From the NCBI GenBank assembly GCA_965198235.1, contig OZ240248.1, positions 2,944,001-3,008,000 of the forward strand: 64,000 nt of DNA, read 5' to 3'. Both the position numbers and the translations under genes were made by a program. The notes beneath the pieces are model-generated. The model saw only the letters and a list, made by a program, of their open reading frames with translations, made no database searches and was not told the DNA's origin. This document shows positions 40,118-50,022 of this stretch, one piece after another (positions within the stretch are counted from its first letter, which is position 1; each line of letters opens with the position of its first letter). This DNA comes from Candidatus Poribacteria bacterium (GTDB lineage Bacteria > Poribacteria > WGA-4E > WGA-3G).

Positions 40118-42514
40118 CTACATTCGCAATTCTGCACCCAATTCCCAATTAAGACGTTTAACAACCTCGTCGTGAAGGGCATTGACCGCTTTATCTGTCA
40201 ACGTTTCGGTCGCAGAATGATAGGTGATGGTATAGGCGAGGCTCTTCTTACCTTCCGGAACCTGTTCACCTTCATAGACATCAAACAGACGAACCGAGTC
40301 TACAGAGTCCCCACCCGTCGTATAGATAAGCTCTGTCGGCATATCTGACAGTATCTCCTTATCTACGACTATCGCAAGGTCGCGCGCGACCTTTGGGTAG
40401 ATGGAAATCGGTTCAAAGCGTTTGGCAAATGTAGCAGCATCCGTTAAGCCTTCAAGGTCGAACTCAAAGAGATACGCTTTATACGGTAAATCGTAGTTTT
40501 CGAGCACCTCTGGGTGTACCTCTCCGAAGACACCGATCCGTCTATCACCCAACAACACTTCTGCGTTCCTGCCCGGATGGAAGGTGGGAGCGTCCGTCTT
40601 CTGTAGCGTCCAATCAGCAACGCCGCATACTTCAAGCATCCCCTCTACAAGTCCTTTGATGTCAAAGAAATCTGGATGTCGGTACGGATCACTATAGACC
40701 CCTTCCCCAATCTGCCCAGCAAGGACACCCGTAACGCGTTCCGGCTCTTTCTCCTTGCCATCGTGGACGAATACATTTCCGATTTCAAAGAGCGCAATAG
40801 TGTCTATCTGGTGATTACGGTTATGCTGTGCGTTTTCGAGCAGCCCCGGCGTTAGGGTTGTGCGTAGCACTGACATCTCTGGACTCAACGGGTTACGGAG
40901 TTGCAAGGTGTTACGAAGCGGATCATCTGCATTCAACCGGATCTTATCAAAGCAATTGGGGTCGCAAAAACTATAGTTCACCGCTTCCATCATTCCAGCC
41001 GCGAGGAGAAAATGTTTGATACGTCTGCGGACTTCTGTCTTTGGATTCGGTGTCGGCACAGAAATATCGCCTTTGGGCAATGTGGTCGGAATATTATCAT
41101 AGCCGTAGACTCGCGCGATTTCCTCGATGAGGTCGATTTCGCGGGTAACGTCAGACCTGAACGTCGGCACAGCGACTTGATAGACCTCTCCAGTAGCGTC
41201 CACGTCGAAACCGAGACGGTTTAAAATCTGCGCCATCTCCGCTGCTTCGAGTGTCGTCCCTAATACGAAATTGACGCGATCGGGACGGAGTTGAATTTCG
41301 GTCAATGGCTGTTGTCCCGGATAAACATCAACGATGTCTTCACAGACAGTGCCACCTGCCAATTCGGCTATGAGTTGTGCCGCGCGATCAAGGGCAGCGA
41401 GGACTGCGCCCGGGTCGGCACCACGCTCAAATCTGTAGGAGGCTTCCGTACTGATTCCCAACGCTTTTGCGGTAGCACGAATACTTGATGGATTGAAATA
41501 GGCACTCTCCAGTAGGACATCACAGGTCGTTTCTGTAATTTCCGAATCGTAGCCACCCATAATTCCAGCGAGTGCAACAGGTTTTTCGGCATCCGCGATG
41601 ACGAGCATATCGGGTGTGAGTTCGCGTTCAACTTCATCAAGAGTTGTTATTTGTTCACCGTCCATCGCGCGGCGAACAACAATACGGTTCTCTGTAAGCT
41701 TGTGATAATCAAAGGCATGGAGCGGCTGTCCATATTCCATTAAGACGAAGTTAGTGACATCGACAATGTTGTTAATAGCGCCTATACCAACAGACTCAAG
41801 CTGTTGTCGCAACCATGCTGGCGATTCCGTCACCTTAATGCCTTGAATGACGCGTGCTGCGTAACGCGGGCAAAGATCTGGTGCATCGATCGTAACAGAC
41901 GTTAAGTCTCGGACGTTGATGCCACTTTCCTTCAGGTTAACAGTAGGTAGTTTTAAAAGATTTCCGGTCTCCGCTCGGATTTCGCGAGCAACACCGATCA
42001 GGCTGAGGCAATCGGGACGGTTGGGTGTAATCTCCAGTTCAAACACAACATCGTCTAATCCGAGAGCCTCTGAAAGAGGTGTCCCAAGGGGTATATCCGT
42101 CGGTAATTCCATCAAACCGGCGGCATCGTCAGAAAGTCCTAACTCCTTTTCAGAGCAGAGCATTCCTTGCGAAGTCTCGCCGCGCAGCTTTGCGCGTTTG
42201 ATCGTCAAACCGACAGGTAGTGTTGCACCGATTGTAGCGACAGGCGCGAGCATTCCCTCTCCGACATTCGGGGCACCGCAGACAATCTGAAGCTCCTCTG
42301 TTCCACCGGTATCTACCTGACAGAGAACGAGTTTATCGGCGTTTGGGTGCGGTCGGATCGAGGTAACGCTACCGACAATTACACCTTCGAGTTCGGCTCC
42401 AAGATGCTTGACGGATTCAACCTCAACACCTAACATTGTCAACCGATCAGCGAGTTCGCTTGGAGAAAATTCAAAATCGATATAGGCTTTAAGCCAATTT
42501 AGGGTCACGTTCAT
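40118..42514 (-). CDS. pheT: Phenylalanine--tRNA ligase beta subunit
   Basis: HPNADKL, IVCGAPN, ITPNRPD, RFERG, DLIEEIAR..GY, NPLS, C-terminal FDX domain (GKKSLAY). Confidence 0.97.
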   Translation of the reverse strand: MNVTLNWLKAYIDFEFSPSELADRLTMLGVEVESVKHLGAELEGVIVGSVTSIRPHPNADKLVLCQVDTGGTEELQIVCGAPNVGEGMLAPVATIGATLPVGLTIKRAKLRGETSQGMLCSEKELGLSDDAAGLMELPTDIPLGTPLSEALGLDDVVFELEITPNRPDCLSLIGVAREIRAETGNLLKLPTVNLKESGINVRDLTSVTIDAPDLCPRYAARVIQGIKVTESPAWLRQQLESVGIGAINNIVDVTNFVLMEYGQPLHAFDYHKLTENRIVVRRAMDGEQITTLDEVERELTPDMLVIADAEKPVALAGIMGGYDSEITETTCDVLLESAYFNPSSIRATAKALGISTEASYRFERGADPGAVLAALDRAAQLIAELAGGTVCEDIVDVYPGQQPLTEIQLRPDRVNFVLGTTLEAAEMAQILNRLGFDVDATGEVYQVAVPTFRSDVTREIDLIEEIARVYGYDNIPTTLPKGDISVPTPNPKTEVRRRIKHFLLAAGMMEAVNYSFCDPNCFDKIRLNADDPLRNTLQLRNPLSPEMSVLRTTLTPGLLENAQHNRNHQIDTIALFEIGNVFVHDGKEKEPERVTGVLAGQIGEGVYSDPYRHPDFFDIKGLVEGMLEVCGVADWTLQKTDAPTFHPGRNAEVLLGDRRIGVFGEVHPEVLENYDLPYKAYLFEFDLEGLTDAATFAKRFEPISIYPKVARDLAIVVDKEILSDMPTELIYTTGGDSVDSVRLFDVYEGEQVPEGKKSLAYTITYHSATETLTDKAVNALHDEVVKRLNWELGAELRM

Positions 42515-42568
42515 CAAAGTTTTTCGGTCTGAAAACCCCCGATTTTAATAGGTGGGGGAAAACCGTCC
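42515..42568 (-). mobile_element. Solo IS200/IS605 (IscB/IsrB-type) right-end remnant
   Basis: CGGTTTTCCCCCACCTATTAAAATCGGGGGTTTTCAGACCGAAAAACTTTG|ATGAAC; nested hairpin with the same layout as 49166-49215. Confidence 0.6.
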
Positions 42569-42649
42569 TTTTTTTCTTCATACAAAGTGTATAATAGTTT
42601 TATTACGTCAGCGAGCATACGAGTACGACAATTGTAAAACAGGCACGTT

Positions 42650-43309
42650 TCATTTGGACTTAACTTTCTGAAAGTCGAATTTTCTTAAAGAAAATATGCT
42701 CCACACTTCATCAAGATTATCACTAGCACTAGAGGATCCGCCGTATGATCCGACTCTATAGTTCTCACCGGTCTCAGCACGCAATTTCTGGGCTATCTCA
42801 AAAATATCTTCCACCTGACGCGGATTTTTCGGATCAGTAACACGGCACTTCAAAACATCGGGAGGCTTAGAGTAGAGTTCATCATACTTTAAGTATGGGT
42901 AATCCCTTAGGATAGTTTCAAGAATATTTTCAGAAATTTCGTCCAATTTCTCCACAGAACAGTCTTCGTTACGCGCTGTGTAATCATAATTAGGCAAAAA
43001 ATTTCTCATACTTGGGGCCTTCCGAACAATTTCAATAATCTTACCCGTTGCCTTCTGCAAGGTTTTTTCCAACTTCTCCCGCGGAATGTCCCCTAACTGG
43101 TCATCCCTGAGAGTCGCGATGAAGATCCCTTTGCTCAAATCCATGGGTAAACTTTCTTTCTGCTCAACATTATTGAGAGCATACCGAACCTGCCCGAAAA
43201 AGGTGGGACCATATCCACGCACATCAAGTATTTCTACTTGAAGGAACTGTATGAACCCATAGTCTTGTAATTCATTTAGTTCAATGACACGAACTTCAAA
43301 CATGCTCAT
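42650..43309 (-). CDS. Hypothetical protein
   Basis: 219 aa ORF with GAGGAGG SD; no family recognised. Confidence 0.75.
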   Translation of the reverse strand: MSMFEVRVIELNELQDYGFIQFLQVEILDVRGYGPTFFGQVRYALNNVEQKESLPMDLSKGIFIATLRDDQLGDIPREKLEKTLQKATGKIIEIVRKAPSMRNFLPNYDYTARNEDCSVEKLDEISENILETILRDYPYLKYDELYSKPPDVLKCRVTDPKNPRQVEDIFEIAQKLRAETGENYRVGSYGGSSSASDNLDEVWSIFSLRKFDFQKVKSK

Positions 43310-43345
43310 TATGACTCCTCCTCATTTAATTCGGTGAACTGCACT

Positions 43346-43732
43346 TCAAAACGATTTTTGACACAAGATGGAGATATATGGCGGCGAGTAGGCAACAACA
43401 CCGGCGGCGACGCAGGCATCTTCATAGTCCATAAAGAGATGTGTTTCTATATCAAAATCGCCTTCGTGCTCCTGATAGAGTTGGTTCGTTGTGTCTGAGG
43501 GCCAGAGATTCCGGTTCAGTTCACCTTTGATGTGAAGCCATCCGGCTTTCGTTTTGCCCATATCCCACTCTTTCGGTTCAACGCCTTCTTCATCGGAAGT
43601 CTTCCATTTCCAATTCGGATTCTTCAAGGCGTTTCCGTCAAACGGGTCCCCAAGGGAGTCCGCGGCTTGCCCAGAGATTATACCGTAAAGCATCGTAAAA
43701 CTGACACACAACAGAATAGCTACCGGTTTCAT
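43346..43732 (-). pseudogene. 3'-truncated paralog of the neighbouring concanavalin-like (DUF1349-like) protein
   Basis: RNLWPSDT..LYQ....FDIET...DY.DAC..AG.V.YS matches 43807-44580, then similarity stops and a stop follows 12 codons later; no TW-tail. Confidence 0.7.
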
Positions 43733-43806
43733 ATTTTGTTTCCATAAAAGAACTGGCGGCATTGCAGCCGCCAGCGATTCGTAGAAGTTGCAAATAGCGT
43801 TCGCTA

Positions 43807-44580
43807 CTATTGTTGTCCTTTCAGTTCACCCCATGTGACAGCGAGTCGGCCACGCGGGTCAACCGGAGTTGCCGGACTTGATGCTTCTCGGAAGTAGTCA
43901 AAAGTGACAGTCATCTTACCGCCACCTTCGCCTTCGCAGATACCGACGTAGATGCCGACCTCAAGAGGTTCTTCGAGTTCGTTCGTCACTTTACTCACCG
44001 AGACCCAGTCGCCTTCCGCATTCGGCTTGAACCATGACTCGTATTCGTCGCCATCGCGTTTGACGCGCAGTTCAATCGGAATAACACCTTGATCTGGGTT
44101 GTAATCCGGTTGTGTGCCGACATACGGCGCAGCATCATTTTGACGACGCTGGTACTGAAGGACCGCGTTGTTGTTTTGCGCAGCACCACGCCCCCACAAC
44201 TTCAATGTCACCCATTGGCCATCTCGGTTCTGGTGATCCTTCGTCGTGGCAGAGTACACGACAATGCCAGCGACAGTGCAAGCATCCGCATAATCGACAA
44301 CCATCGACGTTTCGATGTCAAATTGGTCCTGATCTGTGACCTGATAGAAACGTGTAGAGGTGTCATCACCCCATAAATTCTGGTCGAAGCCTGCCTCGGC
44401 AACAAGCAGTCCGTCCTTCAACTCCCAAGGACTCTTATCGCCATCCTTGACCTGCCAAAAGGATTGGAGGTCTTCACCGGTCCCACTGAATTCATCGCTC
44501 ATCAACGTTTGTGCGAAAACGCCGGGGATGAGACATACAGATAGAGTCAGAATTGCAACTATGCAAGTAATCTTTTTCAT
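43807..44580 (-). CDS. Secreted concanavalin-like (DUF1349-like) protein with TW-tail
   Basis: Signal peptide; SDEF, NLW, LRVKRDGD, VGIY, FDYFR; C-terminal PVDPRGRLAVTWGELK. Confidence 0.8.
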   Translation of the reverse strand: MKKITCIVAILTLSVCLIPGVFAQTLMSDEFSGTGEDLQSFWQVKDGDKSPWELKDGLLVAEAGFDQNLWGDDTSTRFYQVTDQDQFDIETSMVVDYADACTVAGIVVYSATTKDHQNRDGQWVTLKLWGRGAAQNNNAVLQYQRRQNDAAPYVGTQPDYNPDQGVIPIELRVKRDGDEYESWFKPNAEGDWVSVSKVTNELEEPLEVGIYVGICEGEGGGKMTVTFDYFREASSPATPVDPRGRLAVTWGELKGQQ

Positions 44581-44717
44581 TAACATACCCTTTCTATTTT
44601 TCGTACAGGACGACATTTTTTGGTATCCAAAGAGATTCTTTTACCCCTCAGATGACTTTGGGTTCGTCCGTACAGATGATTCGTCTGAAATATATTAACA
44701 CATTGATTGGAAAAAAA

Positions 44718-47700
44718 TCAACTTTTTTCACCCTCTCCAATTGAGGATCTTACAATTTCCTTTTCGGTCGGTGTTAACCTATATAAGTCATAGACCAGTT
44801 TATCAATTTGTTTTTCTTCTGTAGGCTGGTTAGCTTTCGGGTTTTCTTGTTTTGCTGCCATAATCTGTTCTACTAGTTCAATAATAGGTTGCTGTTCTTC
44901 TACTGTTGCGGTAGGAATCGGGATCTTGCCGACATAATACTCGTCAAAAGTCATAGTTCTGATAGCAGACGAAAAAATGAATTTATAAGCATACCAGTTT
45001 ATCAGTACTGAATTCAGAATAGCTGAGACAAAAATAGGGGAAAAGTTTTCGTCGGTAAGAACGGTATTTATCACCGTATCTACGCTTAGTATATCACCTG
45101 TTTGATCAACGGTTGCGGTAATTTTGATATGCGGCTTTGGGTTCTGAATATGTGCTATAATCTTTTGTGACATCATCTTTGGCTTTTGTAAAAATTCAAC
45201 TTTTTCATTAGAGGGATCCAAATTTTCGGAGTCTATAAAACCCTTGATACTATCAGTCCCGTAACGGACTATATTATCACCTCCAATTACCGGAATATCA
45301 CCTGACTCACTCAGCAGGCTCTGCCATGGCAAGCCTCGTTTTGTGTCAGAAATATCTCGCATAAACGTTCCAATTTGATTTAACTTTGAGGCGAGTTGAA
45401 TTTCCTCGCGTGAGACATCACATATCCACGCTTGAAACTGCTCTGGATAAGAATGGGAAATGTGTGTTTTCCTAATCCACATCTCATTGATAAATTTATG
45501 TGCCGTATAAAAATTTCCCGCATAACATGAGTCATGGACAAAAATCGCTTGCTCAAGATTGACTTTGGCATCTTTGAAAGCCTCTCCTACGTCGATTAAA
45601 ACCCGAGTTTTATCCAACAGGGCGAACATCAGACTATGCCAGTTTTCAACGAATAGTAATGACTTAGGAACAATAAAGGCAAGTATACCATCCGATTTCA
45701 TCAAACGGTTCTTCGCTATATCTATGAAAAATGCAGCACTTGTCCAGTTTTTCGTTTCTTTCACTATTGTTTTCAGATAATTTTTTTCATTTGGGTCGAG
45801 ATCTGCTCCATAGGGCGGATTACCAACAATCGCGTCAAAACCTGGATTTTCCAGTTTATTTCCTAATTCGTCGCGAAATATTTCAGGGAATTCAATCTCC
45901 CAGTGGAAATAGCGGTAGTGCTCTGCTAGTTCTTGTGCTTTTTGGTATCCTTGTAGATTGGTAGGGATATTTGTCTGATGTGACGACAGGGCATCCAGAA
46001 TAGCATGATAATCGCCGCGTTTAACTGTATTTCCAAAGTGAACACTCAACCAGAGATTCGCAGCTTCCTTGTGCCTGCTCAATGTTTGCTGTGCTTGCTC
46101 TAATTTTCGTTCCATTGTATGGATATCGTTAACAGTTTGACTCTCCATCTTTTCAATAACAAGGTAATGTCCAACCGCTTCCGAAACAGTAAGGGTAAAT
46201 CCGAAATCCATGTTGACCACAATTTGCGGTGTTTCGTTAGCACGGCGTTTCGTCGGTGTCGGTAGATAGGCAAGTTTAGCAATGTCCACTCCAATCAGAG
46301 AATTTCCACAACGGATGTGGTGATCAAGGAATGAAAGCGGTTCGCCTTTCGCTACTGTATGAAGCCAAAGGGATACTTTCGCCAATTCTACCGCCATTGG
46401 ATTACTATCCACGCCATAAATACAGTTTTCAACAACGCGTCTGCGCCAATAGGCAATTTCTGTGTCGTCATCACCAGTCACCATAGATGGTGGAGCATCC
46501 GGATGTGTGGCGAGTTCCAACGCGAGGTGGTCGATAACACCAACGAGAAAATGACCACTTCCCATCGCCGGATCTAGGACTTTGATTCGGAGGATCTCTT
46601 CAAACGTTTTGCGTTTACAGAGCGGATCAAGTGCGTTTTCAACCATTGAACGCACAATTGCATCAGAGGTGTAATAACTTCCACTCGTTTTGCGCTTGTC
46701 TTTTTTTCTTATTAACTGAACTTTTCCAAATACACCTTCCACGGACGGTTCATATTCGAGCAGTCCTTCGTAGATATTGCCCAAATGCTGAATTGCCAAA
46801 TCTTGGTAGGTGATGCGTTCTCGCTCGGTTGTTCTGGTTAGTATATTAATGACGTTGGCAAGAACATCATTGCCGATTTTGCTATCTTCCAGAAAAGCGT
46901 GGCGATCTGGGTTGAACAGACCTCCATTATATTGAGGGATGTGTTCTGCCCATCCTTTATTGATAAGGGTAAACAGGGTCTGGAGACGACTCCAATAATC
47001 CGTTCGTAGATCTGCAACTGCGGAACTGTTGTCTAATTTGCTATGTATTTCAGTCGCAAGTGCTTCCAAGCTGTATTCGGTTTGATATTCAGGATTTTCA
47101 AGTGGTAGCAGCCCACGGCTTTCAGCGTACAGGACAAACAGCAAGCGGTAAAGCAAGATTAAACAATTTTCATGGATCGTTTTTGTATCGGAAGTACTTA
47201 AGTTGTTATCGGGGTAGGCTAAAAAACCGTTAATAGATTCCTCTAACGCCAAATGGATTTTGTCCTCAAGATCATCTGAAACAGAGACGGTATAATGAAC
47301 ACTACCTGTCAACACATCATCCAGAAAAGAGCAATTGGAAGCATCGGGTACGAATGCATCGCTCCGGAAGAAATAGTAAAAATAGCGAAACGCGTCTATA
47401 TCTTCATTAACCAGTATGTTTTCAAGGTTAACCTCGTAAAAACTATCTAATCTATAACTTGTGTCGCGATGATAAAGGCGCCACAATCTTCCGCTCGTGA
47501 GAACTCCCCATGTGAGTCCTGAGGTGCGAATATAGAAATCAATCTGGTAGTTTGGGTTGGTATTAGAAAAGGGGTCTTCCGGCCCCTCTAATTTCTTGTC
47601 AAGGTTTGTGGTCCACCCTTTAGCATCGCCCACAGCAATTGCTGTGTGGAAGAAGATGTTGGTATTAATCTGCGGATGTGCTTGCTCTAATGATTCTCGA

Positions 47701-47978
47701 TCAGCGAAAAAAGCGTAATCTGGCTGCTTTGTGCCTTGTGATGTGCGTAGGACCGGTTGCACTCCAAAAGTGTGTCCAAGAATTTTCAGGACAGGACGGA
47801 TAAATTGTTCTTCTGTCTGTGGTTCATTTAGGCTCTCTGCGAATCCGGCGACGGAAGTGTAGCACCCTTTTATCTGTTCATAAGTTGATTCTAATGTGTT
47901 GGATGTCTGCTCTGTTATTACTTTTTTGAGATGATAATTAGAAAAAAGTGCCTGATTATTGCAAGTAGATTCTGCCAT
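44718..47978 (-). CDS. Type IIG restriction-modification enzyme (Eco57I-like REase-MTase-TRD fusion)
   Basis: QPDY...GDAK nuclease motif, WGVLTSG..WRLY, YNGGLF, GSYYT, DPAMGSG, FHWEIEFP, GNPPY, TaqI_C-like C-terminus; visibly AT-richer than flanks. Confidence 0.92.
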   Translation of the reverse strand: MAESTCNNQALFSNYHLKKVITEQTSNTLESTYEQIKGCYTSVAGFAESLNEPQTEEQFIRPVLKILGHTFGVQPVLRTSQGTKQPDYAFFADRESLEQAHPQINTNIFFHTAIAVGDAKGWTTNLDKKLEGPEDPFSNTNPNYQIDFYIRTSGLTWGVLTSGRLWRLYHRDTSYRLDSFYEVNLENILVNEDIDAFRYFYYFFRSDAFVPDASNCSFLDDVLTGSVHYTVSVSDDLEDKIHLALEESINGFLAYPDNNLSTSDTKTIHENCLILLYRLLFVLYAESRGLLPLENPEYQTEYSLEALATEIHSKLDNSSAVADLRTDYWSRLQTLFTLINKGWAEHIPQYNGGLFNPDRHAFLEDSKIGNDVLANVINILTRTTERERITYQDLAIQHLGNIYEGLLEYEPSVEGVFGKVQLIRKKDKRKTSGSYYTSDAIVRSMVENALDPLCKRKTFEEILRIKVLDPAMGSGHFLVGVIDHLALELATHPDAPPSMVTGDDDTEIAYWRRRVVENCIYGVDSNPMAVELAKVSLWLHTVAKGEPLSFLDHHIRCGNSLIGVDIAKLAYLPTPTKRRANETPQIVVNMDFGFTLTVSEAVGHYLVIEKMESQTVNDIHTMERKLEQAQQTLSRHKEAANLWLSVHFGNTVKRGDYHAILDALSSHQTNIPTNLQGYQKAQELAEHYRYFHWEIEFPEIFRDELGNKLENPGFDAIVGNPPYGADLDPNEKNYLKTIVKETKNWTSAAFFIDIAKNRLMKSDGILAFIVPKSLLFVENWHSLMFALLDKTRVLIDVGEAFKDAKVNLEQAIFVHDSCYAGNFYTAHKFINEMWIRKTHISHSYPEQFQAWICDVSREEIQLASKLNQIGTFMRDISDTKRGLPWQSLLSESGDIPVIGGDNIVRYGTDSIKGFIDSENLDPSNEKVEFLQKPKMMSQKIIAHIQNPKPHIKITATVDQTGDILSVDTVINTVLTDENFSPIFVSAILNSVLINWYAYKFIFSSAIRTMTFDEYYVGKIPIPTATVEEQQPIIELVEQIMAAKQENPKANQPTEEKQIDKLVYDLYRLTPTEKEIVRSSIGEGEKS

Positions 47979-48230
47979 TTTCGTTGTACCTCCATGTTAA
48001 ATTTATCATATTAGCGCGTAATTTGCAAATCCATATTACAGTAGAGCTAGTCTTATTTCGTCTTCGGCGTTTCGGTCCCTTCTGTTTTCTCTTTACTACA
48101 CCCCCGATTTTTTTGGCTTTCTTTAAAAAAAAGCAGATCTCCTTGCAATTCGTGCTAAGACTATGTTAAAATGCAGAATTAGTGCAAAATGCACTCTGAA
48201 TTACAAGTTACGTCCTTTAGGAGGTTGTTT

Positions 48231-48995
48231 ATGAAGGTAGGTATACGAGACGGGATGTTGCCCGTTTCTTTTGAAGAATCGTTTCAGAAGGCGAAAGAGA
48301 TCGGGTTTGATGGTGTCGAGATTTGTATGGGAGTCGACTACCGTGAACATCTGCTTTGGCAGGATGACGGGATTGATAAGGTGAACGGTTTGGCAGAAGC
48401 CGCTGGGGTTGAGGTGTCTTCGCTGTCACCGGGGGGATTCACTGCGTATTCATTTATGCATCCGATCGATAGCACGCGGAGCGAGGGGATTGCAAAATTG
48501 CAATATTTGGCGGAGACGTGTCCACAACTCGGCGCGCAGGGGATTCTGGTGCCGTTTTTCGGGAATGGTCAGATCGAGGATGAGCACATCAGCGCATCAC
48601 GGTTTCTTGATGGGCTGAAAGCAGCGGCTGAAACCGCTGAGAAACACGACGTTTTCCTTGCTATTGAATCGACTTTAAGTGCGGAGCAACATCAACAGAT
48701 CATTGATAACGTCGGTTCGTCAGCCGTTGGGGTTTATTACGATATGGGGAACGCCACAGGATTCGGCTATGATTCACCGTCTGAAATTCGGAGTTTGGGC
48801 GGGGCAATCTCGCAGATGCACATCAAGGACACCGACGGCAATCACGCTGGTGAGGGCGATGTTGACTTTCCTGCTGTCTTTGATGCTGTACATGCCGTTG
48901 GATACGACAGTTGGTTTGTACTGGAAACACCCGGTAAAGATGATCCGGTTGCGTCCGCAGCAAAGAATCTCGATTTTGTAAGAAATAGTTTTTGA
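48231..48995 (+). CDS. Sugar phosphate isomerase/epimerase (hexulose-6-phosphate isomerase-like)
   Basis: GFDGVE, LAIES, YYDMGN, HIKD, GEGDVDF, VLET. Confidence 0.9.
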   Translation: MKVGIRDGMLPVSFEESFQKAKEIGFDGVEICMGVDYREHLLWQDDGIDKVNGLAEAAGVEVSSLSPGGFTAYSFMHPIDSTRSEGIAKLQYLAETCPQLGAQGILVPFFGNGQIEDEHISASRFLDGLKAAAETAEKHDVFLAIESTLSAEQHQQIIDNVGSSAVGVYYDMGNATGFGYDSPSEIRSLGGAISQMHIKDTDGNHAGEGDVDFPAVFDAVHAVGYDSWFVLETPGKDDPVASAAKNLDFVRNSF

Positions 48996-49057
48996 GGCAG
49001 TGATAGAGGTGACATCCGTTATCAGAAATTTATGCACTTCAATATTGGAACCCGTCT

Positions 49058-49215
49058 CAAGGTTGGAAAACCAAAGATATACGCGATAGATTAGGGCTAA
49101 AGAAGTCATCTAACAAACTTGCCGAGACTTTTGATGCTCATTGTGTTTAATTTCAATTATAGGAGCGGGCATTCCTTCCACACCTAAAGGATTGAGTTTC
49201 TTGCCCGAAGATTAG
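49058..49215 (+). pseudogene. isrB: Internally deleted isrB relic with IS right end
   Basis: 49058-49147 translates QGWKTKDIRDRLGLKKSSNKLAETFDAHCV, 24/30 identical to IsrB aa 194-223; then jumps to an FNFNYR tail (cf. IsrB LNFRYK) and hairpin CGGGCA...TGCCCG-AAGATTAG|ATGA. Confidence 0.9.
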
Positions 49216-50022
49216 ATGAACAGCCCAAAAACGATAGCCCCACGCTCCGAAGGTAGGAAGTTACTCTCCCTACCGACGCGACAAGCGGAGCAACTCTTTC
49301 AAAGTTACGAGAAGCAACAGCAATTGGATATTCTGAGCGCAATTCGTAACCCGAAGTCTCGAGAGAAACTCTATTACCTTGTATCCGATTGCACCGAGCT
49401 CATCCAGGAAAGTCCTACCGAAGATGTACTCCAAGTCTTGGACACGATGCTCGGCACAGGACTTGCTTCAGTCCTATTGCCGTGTCTCTCAAATGAGCAA
49501 TTTGAGGAACTGCTGGACATTGCTGTCTGGCGCGATGGCAAACTCGATGAAGAGTCATTGGACCTCTGGCTTTTTGAACTTTCTGAATGTGAACGGGACG
49601 ATCTTGGACGGTTTCTCAGGGAACTCGACCTCCGTTTGTTGGCAGCACTTCTCCACGGTCGTGTCACACTTCAGGATGACCATAGTGGGATGCTTCTTGA
49701 AGCTGGGTATTTTGATCCAACTTCACCGGCAATTGATTATGCAGACGAACGCGCTCGGGCGATTTGTAATGCTATTTGGGAAGCAGATGATGAGGTTTTT
49801 AGAACGTTCATCAAGGAACTCTTCGCAATTGATACCGAAGCAGATGTTGAGGCTGAACTCGCCGCTGTTTTCGATGCTGTACAGGCTGATAGAGCTGAAC
49901 GCGTCGCAGCACGTGATAAAGAAGCCGGTATTGATGTCACTGAAGCTGACCTCATAGAGAAGGTTGACTTAGAGTTGCTTACACTTGATGACGATGAGGA
50001 CGACTATGACAAAGGCGAATAG
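49216..50022 (+). CDS. Hypothetical protein resembling the N-terminal half of DUF6178
   Basis: LIQE.P.ED....S.EQF..LLD..VW..G.LD......WL..L pattern (recalled similarity); acidic tail. Confidence 0.65.
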   Translation: MNSPKTIAPRSEGRKLLSLPTRQAEQLFQSYEKQQQLDILSAIRNPKSREKLYYLVSDCTELIQESPTEDVLQVLDTMLGTGLASVLLPCLSNEQFEELLDIAVWRDGKLDEESLDLWLFELSECERDDLGRFLRELDLRLLAALLHGRVTLQDDHSGMLLEAGYFDPTSPAIDYADERARAICNAIWEADDEVFRTFIKELFAIDTEADVEAELAAVFDAVQADRAERVAARDKEAGIDVTEADLIEKVDLELLTLDDDEDDYDKGE

